A DNA stretch of 64,000 nucleotides, taken from contig CATNEN010000038.1 in NCBI GenBank assembly GCA_950097015.1, positions 35,030,001 through 35,094,000 on the forward strand, in the 5' to 3' direction. How positions within the stretch are numbered: the first letter of the stretch is position 1; each line of letters begins with the position of its first letter. Made by a program: the position numbers and the translations under genes. The notes under the pieces are model-generated. The model saw only the letters and a program-made list of their open reading frames with translations, ran no database searches and had not been told where the DNA came from. Positions 50,071-62,100 of this stretch are shown here, in pieces. Origin of the DNA: Macrostomum hystrix (lineage: Eukaryota > Animalia > Platyhelminthes).

Positions 50071-50410
50071 TACCTTTTAAACTTTCCCCAACTTGGGATT
50101 TCCCGACTCCAATCCCGACTTCTAATGTGAACTTCTAATACAGGTACAGACGCATTAGAAGTCGGGAATTCCCGACTCGAATCTGTAAGGGGGGACCATT
50201 ACAAAGTTTGCCATCTGCATTAGGAGTTGGGAATTCCAAACTCAAATCCCGACTTGAATCTGTAAGGGGGGACCATTACAAATTTTGCAAATCCATTCCC
50301 GACTCGAATCTGTAAGGGGGACCATTACAAAGTTTGCAAATCCATTTCCATTTTGAAAATAATTTGAGTTGGAGTCAGGAAATCCCAAGTCGGGGAAAGT
50401 TTAAAAGGTA
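50071..50410. mobile_element. MITE with ~45-bp TIRs
   Basis: TACCTTTTAAACTTTCCCCRACTTGGGATTTCCYGACTCCAA at both ends (inverted). Flanking direct repeat is GTCAAAA (7 bp) or AGTCAAAAT (9 bp) depending on the terminus chosen. Internal GAATCTGTAAGGGGGGACCATTACAAA x3. Confidence 0.85.
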
Positions 50411-51703
50411 GTCAAAATTCTTGTTCGGTTGATGATACATTACCCTAATAGGTAGCATAAAACATATTTTAGGACTATTGCTTATTGATGATATGGCTAT
50501 AGTCATAATCATTATTCTAAATCATAATTCATTATGCCAATTTTTTTTTTGGATATTTTTATATATTGGATAGAAATTTTATTCTTCTATTCTTAAAGTG
50601 AATAGTGAATTGATTTAGTATAAAATTCATCAGTTAGTAGCCCATAGTCTGGATCATGGCAGGGTGTATGCCAAACTAAAACTTAATGGATCCACAGTTT
50701 GTACACAATGTACGCCAAATTTTTCTGCTTTCCCTAACTGTACGCCAATTTTACAGTTACAAATTTCCTTCTTCAAAACTATTCAATGAAAAGTTGAATA
50801 GTTTCCAACTCCAAGATACCAATAGTACACTATATACTATAATAGCTTTCACTATCACTTTCAGCAGAGCTTGATGTTTCTTCAACTTGTGGTCTACTAC
50901 GTAGTAGACCTACTTTGACATTGTGCTTTCAGCTTTATAGAGTTTGACAGAAACTTTATAACTTTTAACTTTAGTCTTAACTTTCATCTTAATATTTAAT
51001 GGCCAGAATGTTTACAACTAGGATATCTTTAACATTTAAGCTTGCACTCTATGTACTGAAATAAAAATAAATTGCATAAAAAGTACTTTCAATCTTACAA
51101 TCTAACCTTTATGCATAGGCCCTAACTGCAAACTATAATAGTGGCTCCGACAGATATTGTTATATTCTTCATATTCTAATTTAGTGCAAAATATTTCTTT
51201 TCGAAAATCTCAAAGTACTATATCTTGATGGTGGAAATGAAAGTTCCAGTATCCTTAACTTTTGTCAAGAAGGCTCCCAAAGTATATTGTACTTTTCATA
51301 GCTATGTCAACTAGAATTTTATTTGATCAGTAGTCAGATATTGCATATTCACAAATTAAAGTTATCATATTCATAGCATGTTTTTTAAATCTCAATTGCC
51401 AAATAAAGTAGTAGCTATAGTATCATATTTAGATTAAAAAGGTATATTACTTAAACAAAATATTTTCTATGCCATTTATTATTCTAATCATATTTAGATT
51501 TAAAAGAGTGAATCACTTAAACAAAATATTTCCTAAGCCATTTAGGCAAGGTGCTTAGCTAGTTGATATTTTTTTAATGCTAGTACTTAGTTTATGGCTA
51601 GGTAAAAAACAACAGGAAATCAAATGGTTGACTTAAAGCTGTTTCCCTTAGGATGTGATTCGCTTTAAACCTGACCAAAGCTTTTAACATACTAGACTAT
51701 ACT

Positions 51704-53111
51704 GGACTTATTCACATAACTCTTTTCAACAGCTAGCAAGAGTAACAACAACTAATTTATTTTATAGCGGCTGTATTTACAAATGACACAGTTAAAAAAT
51801 TGGAAAATATCACTAACTGTTTAAAAGTTATGCCTCCTTAACTGCAGTGGGGTACTGCATCTCAATACATTAACAAGAACATGGAGGCTGCATATGCAGT
51901 GACAGGAAACAGAAGGTCAGCTGTCTTTCAAAAACAGTTCAAATGTCGTCCTCAGTGGCAACTGAGACCCTCTCAACATAATCACCCTTCAATTGGATGA
52001 ACTTCTTCCACCAGGTAAGCATGCCATCAATGGCATCTGCATATGCCTGCTTTGCCATTTCGTGGACAAGAACCCGTCGCACTTCTTGCTCAAGGCAGTC
52101 ACGGTTGGCATGAACTCTGCCCCTCAGAAGCTGCTTGAGCTTCGGGATGATGGCAAAATCTGATGGTGCCAAGTCCGGTGAATATGGTGGGTGAGGCAGG
52201 AGGTTGAATTGCATTTTTTTATTGCTTCGAGTGTCCTTTGTGCAGTGTGGGACCGAGTATTGTCTTGATGAAGGAGCATTGGCTTCACTGGAGTTCTCCG
52301 CTTGTTTGAGATATCCTTCTTTAGCTTCTTCAGCGAATCAATGTAGCGGTCCGAATTGACAGTGGCATTTGGCTCGAGGAAGTCAATTTTCAGTGGCCCA
52401 TGACAGTCGAAAAAGAGCAACAGCATCACCTTCTGGGAATGGGTCTCACGTCGAGCCTTGATGGGCGGGTCAGAACCTTTCATCGTCCACACCTTGGAAT
52501 CCTCCATGGTCGGAAGGGTCGAAGTAGGGGACCCGATTTTTGTCTATAGTGACCACCAGAGAACGGGTAGAGCTCCATCCTCCATGTTGATCAACCAGCG
52601 TCAGATTGCCTGGGCAGGTCTGCTCTCGCTGCATCTTCATGTCAGGGGTAAGAATCCTCGGAACCCACCGAGCACTTAGCTTGACCAGACCAGATCCATG
52701 TTTTGCATGCAGAGATGGACAGTTGACTTTACTGTGTCCAACCGGTCAGCGATCTCGCGGATTGTCAGTCGAGCATCGGTTTCAATAAGGTCAAGGATTC
52801 GATCACCCAGAGCTTTGGAAGCAGATGCTGAAGGTCGTCCAGATCTTGGCAAATCAGCCACATCTGTACGCCCCAGCTCAAACTCTTCAATCCAGTAGTA
52901 CACTGTGCTCCTGGATACTGCAGTATTGAGATGCAATACCCCACTGCAGTTATGGAGGCATAACTTTTGAACAGTTAATGATATTTTCAAAATTCATTAA
53001 CTGTGTCATTTGTAAATAAAGCCGCTATAAAATAAATTAGTTCTTGTTACTCTTGCTAGCAGTTGAAAAGAGTTATGTGAGAAAGTCCTAAGACTTTTTG
53101 GACACCCCTCG
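51704..53111 (-). mobile_element. Degenerate mariner (DD34D, irritans/Hsmar2-like) transposon
   Basis: Frameshifted transposase with DLPRSGRP, ARWVPRIL, VVTID, KVMLLLFFD, LLHQDN and HPPYSPDLAPSDF. Terminus TA|CGAGGGGTGTCCAAAAAGT. Inverted repeats at 52997-53111 and 51704-51795 (the latter lacks its outer ~25 bp). Confidence 0.93.
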
Positions 53112-53195
53112 TAGAATCCATGAATTTGATTTCTTATAAGCAACAACAAATTGAGAAGCAGTTTCTTTTGCTTAAACAATATTGCAGCAAGCTTA

Positions 53196-56100
53196 ATGGA
53201 CAGTGACACTGATGATATTGGGCCACTGGCTTCGCCGCTGAGCGATGCCGCCAATCGCGTCGGCGGAAGCAAGCAGCGCATGTCTGTTGAACGCATCTAT
53301 CAGAAGAAGACTCAATTGGAGCACATCCTGCTCAGACCAGACACCTACATAGGCTCGGTGGAGAGTGTCCGCCAGAATATGTGGGTATACGATGCTAATT
53401 CAAAGCGCATGGTTGAACGCGAGATTACATTTGTGCCTGGACTCTACAAAATATTCGACGAAGTGTTGGTGAATGCGGCTGATAATAAGCAGCGAGATCC
53501 CAGCATGTCTTGCATTCGCATCAATATTAGCAAAGAGGATAATTGCATCGAGGTATGGAACAATGGCAAAGGCATCCCGGTTGTTGAGCACAAGAAAGAG
53601 AAGCTCTTTGTGCCAACTTTGATCTTTGGCCATCTGTTGACTTCTAGCAATTTCAACGACAGCGAAAAGAAGACTACGGGTGGACGCAACGGCTACGGAG
53701 CCAAATTGTGCAACGTATATAGCAGAGAATTTACCGTTGAAACCTCTTGCAAAGAGTCTGGAAAACGATTCCAGCAGACCTGGACTAATAATATGGTCAA
53801 TGCTGGCGATGCGAAGATCACTAAAAACTCTGCGGAAGACTTCACTAAGGTTAATAGATTTTTAATAGACTTTTAAATACAGGTTACTAGAATAGTAGTT
53901 AAATCTGATACCGAACCCGACTTATCTGACACCCAACTATCTCACCTAACACCCTACTGTTTCACCTGGCACCCAACTGTCTCATCTGACACCCTTCTGT
54001 CTTATCTGGCATCCTTCTGTCTTATCTGACACCCTACTGTCTTATCTGACTTCCTACTGTCTTATCTGACACCATACTGTCTTCTCTGACACCCTACTGT
54101 CTTATCTGACACCCTACTGTCTTATCTGACTCCCTACTGTCTTATCTGACACCCTACTGTCTTATCTGACTTCCTACTGTCTTATATGACACCCTACTGT
54201 CTTATCTGACACCCTACTGTCTTATCTGACTCCCTACTGTCTTATCTGACTCCCTACTGTCTTATCTGACTCCCTACTGTCTTATCTGACTCCCTACTGT
54301 CTTATCTGACACCCTACTGTCTTATCTGACTCCCTACTGTCTTATCTGACTCCCTACTGTCTTATCTGACTCCCTACTGTCTTATCTGACACCCTACTTT
54401 CTTATCTGACACCCTACTGTCTTATCTGACTCCCTACTGTCTTATCTGACTCCCTACTGTCTTATCTGACTCCCTACTGTCTTCTCTGACTCCCTACTGT
54501 CTTATCTGACACCCTACTGTCGACATTTTGTCCAATCTGCATTCTACAGGTGAGCTTCAAGCCTGACCTGGCCAAGTTTGGCATGACCGAACTCGACGAC
54601 GACACCATCGCCCTGTTCAGCCGTCGCGCATTCGACATTGCCGGCACCTGCAACGGCGTATTTGTGTTCCTCAACGGCGAGAAACTGCCAGTATCCTCCT
54701 TCAAAGATTATTACCGTCTCTACCTGAGCGATAAGGAGGACAAAGAAGTAGCAACCATTAAAAGCGGTCGCTGGGAGCTAGCTGTCTGCCTGAGCACCGA
54801 CGGATTCAAACAGGTAAGACCTAGAGTAAATTGCTAGCTTTTTGTAGCCTTGTTTTTCACTTTTCTCTCAATTTTCGATCACTTTATTTTCAAATGTTTT
54901 CAAAGTTATTTGAGCCTATCCTCTTACCCCACTACTTCAATTCCCTTTAGCTTCCTTTAACCGCTCTCCCACTAATCACTTCCCTTCTCATCCTTACCCA
55001 TCTCATTCTTTCCCCTCTCATACTTCCCATCTCACCCTTACCCCTCTCATATTTCCCCTCTCATCTTTACCCCCTCATCCTTACCCGTCTCACCCTACCC
55101 CTCTCATCCTGCCTCTCTTACCCTTACCTCTCTTACAATTTACATCTCACCCATTTCATCATTACTCCTCTCACCCCACAATCTCCCTTGTGTTTGAATT
55201 ATATTCATTTACTTCATATTATTAAATAACTGGCTGTAAGACATTGATCGCGGTTCACCCCCCCTTATTTCTATAGGTGAGCTTCGTGAACTCCATAGCC
55301 ACTACGAAGGGCGGCCGTCACGTTGATTTCGTCTGCGACCTTCTACTCAAACGCTTAGTCGACGCCATTGACGGCAAGTGCAAAGCCGACAAAAAGAATT
55401 TGAAAGGTTCTATTAAGCCGGCCTTTGTAAAGAACCACCTGTGGGTATTCTGCAACTGTCTGATTGAAAATCCCAGTTTCGACTCCCAGACTAAAGAGTT
55501 TATGACTCTGCAAAATAAGAAGTTCGGCAGTTCGCCACAGTTTGACGACAAATTCTTCAAGAAGCTACTGTCCGATGACTGCGGTATTGTTCGCAGTGTG
55601 CTTGAGTACGCCGACTTCAAGACTAACAAAGCACTGAATCAGCGCACTAAAGCCAGCAAGAAGACTTTCCACGAGAAGCTGGACCACGCCAACAATGCTG
55701 GCAAAGGCGAGTGCGTACTGATCCTAACCGAGGGCGACTCGGCCAAATCCCTCGCCGTAGCCGGAGCTAGCTCTCTGCCAGACGGTCGCGACCGATTCGG
55801 CGTCTTCCCATTGAAAGGCAAGTTGTTAAACGTTCGCGAGGCTAGCAAAGATCAGCTGATGAATAACAAGGAGATCAAGGTCATCCAGGACGCTGTCAAT
55901 CTGCAGTACGGCAAGAAGTACAACACGCCTGAGGATTTGAAGACTCTGCGCTATCGTCACATCATGATCATGACGGATCAGGATCAGGACGGCTCGCATA
56001 TCAAAGGCCTAATTATCAACTTTATTCACTTCTATTGGCCGGAACTGTTGCGTCAGGATTTCTTGCAGGTTAGATACTAAACTGCGTCTAATAGATGTCA

Positions 56101-59100
56101 CTGGCTTCCTGACCAGTCAGCGCCTATGTACTTTGATTACTCCTTTTGATACTCGGCCCAGTCACTATCTGCCTTCAGATTCATATGAGGATCCCAGATC
56201 CTCAGACTCACCCACACCATCCCAGATCCTTAGACTCACCCACAACATCCCAGATCCTCAGACTCACCCAGTCACAACCCCAGATCCTCAGACTCACCCA
56301 GTCACCATCCCAGATCCTCAGACTCACCCAGTCACAACCCCAGATTCTCAGACTCACCCAGTCACAACCCCAGATTCTCAGACTCACCCAGTCACAACCC
56401 CAGATTCTCAGACTCACCCAGTCACAACCCTAGATTCTTAGACTCACCCAGTCACAACCCCAGATTCTCAGACTCACCCAGTCACAACCCCAGATTCTCA
56501 GACTCACCCAGTCACAACCCCAGATTCTCAGACTCACCCAGTCACAAACCCAGATCCTCAGACTCACCCAGTCACAACCCCAGATTCTCAGACTCACCCA
56601 GTCACAAACCCAGATTCTCAGACTCACGCAGTCACAACCCCAGATTCTCAGACTCACCCAGTCACAACCCCAGATTCTCAGACTCACCCAGTCACAACCC
56701 CAGATTCTCAGACTCACCCAGTCACAAACCCAGATCCTCAGACTCACCCAGTCACAACCCCAGATCCTCAGACTCACCCAGTCACAAACCCAGATTCTCA
56801 GACTCACGCAGTCACAACCCCAGATTCTCAGACTCACCCAGTCACAACCCCAGATTCTCAGACTCACCCAGTCACAACCCCAGATTCTCAGACTCACCCA
56901 GTCACATCCCCAGATTCTCAGACTCACCCAGTCACCATCCCTAATCCTCAAATCCCAATCCAGTTTTTACAGGGAAGCTTTAAAGTCACGACACCTTAAA
57001 CGCCTCATCATTTATTATCCAGGAGTTCATCACGCCAATCGTGAAGGTGACCAAGCGCGACCAGGTAAAAGCATTCTACTCCATGCCAGAGTTCGACGAA
57101 TGGCGCTCCCAGACGGCCGACTGGCACAAGTGGCACGTCAAATACTACAAAGGTTTGGGCACTTCGACAGCTAAAGAAGGCCGAGAATACTTTCGCGACA
57201 TGCGCCGTCATTGTATTCGCTTTATTCGACGCGATCAAACCGACGAAGAGTCCATTGTGATGGCGTTTGGCAAGAATGCGGATATGCGCAAAGACTGGCT
57301 ACTCAAGTTCATGGATGAGCGCAAACGCCGCGCTGATCTGGGCCTGCCTGAGGCCTACCTGTACGAGAAGACGACAAGAGAGGTTAGCTACAACGACTTC
57401 GTTCACAAGGAGCTTGTCCTGTTCTCTAACGCCGATAACGAGCGTTCTATTCCATCGCTAGTTGACGGATTGAAGCCTGGCCAGCGTAAGGTTATGTACA
57501 CCTGCTTTAAGCGTAATCTGGTCAAGGAGATTAAGGTAAGAAGTTGGGCATTGTTACAGCTCGCTTTTTAGTTTTCTATTGTCAAGCTTAATCGGGCCAG
57601 ATGTGCAGGGCTTCATAGTCCATATAGTCCATTAAGTGTCTTTCTTTAATACACATATTGTAACAGTCAAGTTGGGAATCAAACCCCCGGCCTTAAATTC
57701 CGACGCTCTAACCACAAGGCTACAACTACCTTAAAACCAGCTAAAAATTGGGATGTTTCTTTGGGTGATTCCAGTTAGAATCTGCGGTGTTTCCAGAAAA
57801 AGAAACAGCCGAACGCTGGAAACAGACCAATCGGATGATTCCATGCTTGGAATCTACCCAACTGGGCGGTTTCTCGGTGCTTCTTGGTGGCGAAATGGAA
57901 TCCCCAAAAAATCCTCCAGTTCGGAAGATTCCATGCTCCGAAACCACCGAGGAATCGACCGTAAAGAATTCTCTGGTTGTCCCATGGGCCACTGGTTCGG
58001 GTGATTTTTCGGCGGTTTCCGCACAATTTACGATCACATCGGCTGCTTCCTGGGTGGTTTCTTTAACTCTTGCGAGATTGCGGGATTTCGGTAGATTCCA
58101 CTCCTATTTGCACAAAAACCAGCCGAAGAAGCAGCCAATTTTTTTACAGGGAATTAAATTTACAATTAGAAAGCTGCTAATAATCAGTGATTATTGGACT
58201 TTTATGTGAGTGGACAAATCATATCTATTATTGCTAAATGAAAATATCAGGCAAATTGGTATTATCTTTCAACAGGTGGCCCAACTGGCCGGCTCGGTGT
58301 CCGAAATCTCCGCTTATCATCACGGCGAAGCGTCTCTAGTAGGCACCATTATTAACCTGGCGCAGGACTTTGTCGGCTCCAACAATCTCAACTTGCTCAT
58401 GCCCAATGGTCAGTTTGGCTCGCGTCTGCAGGGCGGCAAAGATGCCGCGGCGGCTCGTTATATTCACACCTGCCTGTCGCCTTTGGCTCGTATTATCTTT
58501 AATCCGAATGACGAACCAATGCTAGAGTACAACGTTGACGATAATCAACGTGTAGAGCCGAGTTGGTAAGCTTTTAGACAATTCCGTTTTTGCTTTTCTG
58601 GTCAAATATTTGACATTATGTCAGATCTTGATATTAAATTTTTATCTCCGCGATTGCCAGATATCCAGGTCCCCAATATTAACCAGGGACATGGAATCGA
58701 GCTCAGGGACATTGGTGCGAGAGGCAAACGCGTTAGACCGCTCTGCCACTATCCTCACCCCATTCACTGCCGAAACCCAAATCCTACCAAATCCCCAATC
58801 CCTGCCACATCCCCAATCCCTGCCAAATCGCCCATCCCTACCAAATCCCCAATCCCTACAAAATCCCCAATACCTACAAAATCCCCTACAAATCCTTAAA
58901 ACCTGCTAATCGCCAATCCCTACCAAATCTTTAATCTTTACAAAATCCCAACGCCTTCCAAATCCCAACCCCTACCAAATCCCCAATCCCTACCAAATCC
59001 CCAATACCTACAAAATCACCTACAAATCCTTAATACCTGCGATTCGCCAATCCCTACCAAATCCCCAATGCCTACAAAATCCCCAATACCTTCCAAATCG

Positions 59101-62100
59101 CCAATACCTACAAAATTCCCCACAAATCCCCAATATCTACAAAATCTTCAGTACCTAGTCCACAAGTCTTGTTATTTTCAAGACTAGGAATTGGGAATAA
59201 TTCTTAATTTCTACAGTCACCTCAATCCCAATTGAGTTCCTTGCAATTCCTTCCAAATCCTCAACGACTACTAAAATCTGAATCTCAATGAGATTCTTCG
59301 TATCTATCAGGTATATATTATTGTCCCATTGTTCCAGGTACATCCCAATCATCCCGATGGTGTTGATCAATGGCGCCGACGGCATCGGCACCGGCTGGAG
59401 TACCAAGATTCCCAACTACGCAGTTGAAGATGTGATAGCCAATCTGCGCCGAATGCTGGCTAACGAGGAGCCCGTTGAGATGCTGCCTGCATATCGTGGC
59501 TTCACCGGCATCATTCGACAGACGGACGCCCAGCGCTTCGTCTCCTACGGCGAGGTGCGCACATTTGGCGATTCGAACGTTGTCGAAATTACCGAACTGC
59601 CAGTGAAGGTGTGGAGCGAGCCCTACCAGGACTCTGTGCTGAAGATCGGCGTTGAAGGCGACGGCGGAGGCGGCGGCGTCGGAGGTGCCAAGAAGAAGTC
59701 GGAAAAGAAAGAGAGCAAGCCAAATGAGCAGCTGATTGAGGATTTCAACAATTACTGCTCGGACACTCGGGTTCGCCTAGTTGTGAAGCTGAAGCCGGAG
59801 CAGATGGCCAATGCTAGACAGGTCGGCCTGCACAAGTACTTCAAGCTGCAGAGCACCTTCAGCACCAGCTCAATGGTGCTATTCGATAGGAACTGCTGTC
59901 TGAGGCGGTGAGTTTACTAGGCCACTGGGTAAAGGGTCCTAAGCCGATTAACAATTTAGCAAAATGGTTAAATTACACAATTGCTTTTTCAGGTACGATT
60001 CCGCCCTAGAGATCCTGCGCGAGTTCTTCGGCCTCCGCATGGAATGGTACGAGAAGCGCAAGGCCTACCTGCTAGGCCGCCTGGGCTCCGAGTCCCTACT
60101 ATTGGATAATCAAGCTAGATTTGTCCAAGAGAAGATTGACAACATCATTCGCATTGAGAATGTGGCTAAGAAGAAGATTGTTGCGTTGCTTGTTGAACGA
60201 GGCTACGATTCAGATCCCGTCAAGACTTGGCGCTCTCAGCAGCCGTATTTTCAGCAGCTGCAGCAGATTGCTAAGACTGCGGCAGCTGGTGAGTTTTCTA
60301 TCCGAGCTGCTCGTTATCTAGCTCTGTGTCTTGAGTCAAGGGGTTCACTGGGTTGAAATTAAGGATCTGAGCGATTTGATTGGTTAGAGTTGAGGATCTG
60401 AGCGATTTGATTGATTAGAGTTGAGGATCTGAGCGATTTGATTGATTAGAGTTGAGGATCTGAGCGATTTAAATGGTTAGAATTGAGGATCTGGGAGATT
60501 CAGAATGGTTAGAGTTGAGAATATGGGAGATTCAGAATGGTTAGAGCTGAGGATATGGGAGATTCAGAATGGTTAGAGCTGAGGATATATGGGAGATTCG
60601 GAATGGTTAGAGCTGAGGATATGGGAGATTCAGAATGGTTAGAGCTGAGGATCTGGGAGATTCAGAATGGTTAGAGCTGAGGATATGGGAGATTCAGAAT
60701 GTTTAGAGCTGAGGATATGGGAGATTCAGAATGGTTAGAGCTGAGGATATGGGAGATTCAGAATGGTTAGAGCTGAGGATATGGGAGATTCAGAATGTTT
60801 AGAGCTGAGGATATGGGAGATTCAGAATGGTTAGAGCTGAGGATATGGGAGATTCAGAATGGTTAGAGCTGAGGATATGGGAGATTCAGAATGTTTAGAG
60901 CTGAGGATATGGGAGATTCAGAATGGTTAGAGCTGAGGATATGGTAGATTCAGATTGGTTAGAGCTGAGGATATGGTAGATTCAGATTGGTTAGAGCTGA
61001 GGATATGGGAGATTCAGAATGGTTAGAGCTGAGGATATGGTAGATTCAGATTGGTTAGAGCTGAGGATATGGGAGATTCAGATTGGTTAGAGCTGAGGAT
61101 ATGGGAGATTCAGAATGGTTAGAGCTGAGGATATGGGAGATTCAGATTGGTTAGAGCTGAGGATATGGGAGATTCAGAATGGTTAGAGCTGAGGATATGG
61201 GAGATTCAGAATGGTTAGAGTTGAGGATATGGGAGATTCAGAATGGTTAGAGCTGAGGATATGGGAGATTCAGAATGGTTAGAGTTGAGAATATGGGAGA
61301 TTCAGAATGGTTAGAGCTGAGGATATGGGATATTCAGAATGGTTAGAGTTGAGGATATGGGAGATTCAGGATGGTTAGAGTTGAGGATATGGGAGATTCA
61401 GAATGTTTAGAGTTGAGGATATGGGAGATTCAGAATGGTTAGAGTTGCATATCTCGTTAATATTTTTGCGTGGAGTTACATTATGAATCATGAAGATTTT
61501 TTATGAGTATTACGACTATTGTTCGCTTATAATTTAGTGAACATATTTTGTTATAAAAGGCGCCGCAACTGGCGAAGCCGTCGATGGTGACGATGCGACG
61601 GCCGACGACGAGGACGAGGACGCCGCTGTCGGGGCTGGCAAGGCCGACTTCGACTACATCCTGCGCATGCCGCTCTGGTCGCTGACCCTGGAGCGAAAGG
61701 AGAAGCTATTGAAGGATCGCGCAGAAAAATCTGAACAGATGCGAATTCTGCGAGTCAAGACTCCGCGCGACCTCTGGACAGAGGATCTGGATGAATTGGA
61801 GGCCAAGATGAAGCAGATTAACGAGGAAACTGCCAAAGCTGAGCGCAAGGCTGTCCGCGGCGGAGCCAAGCGCGTCGGCGATGACGACGACGACGACTTC
61901 GAGTCGAACGACGACAGCGACGACGACTACGGCAAGAAGAAAAAGCCAAAGAAGGTTTGTCTGCTATATTCTATTTATTTCGCACTTACAACTTAGGGTG
62001 TCCTCGTGTCACTTTTGCAGTTTATAAAGTAACTTTATCCGTCCTCAAATTAACCATTACAATCTTCTGTTATTTCGCATTTCTAAGATTGTCCACTTGC

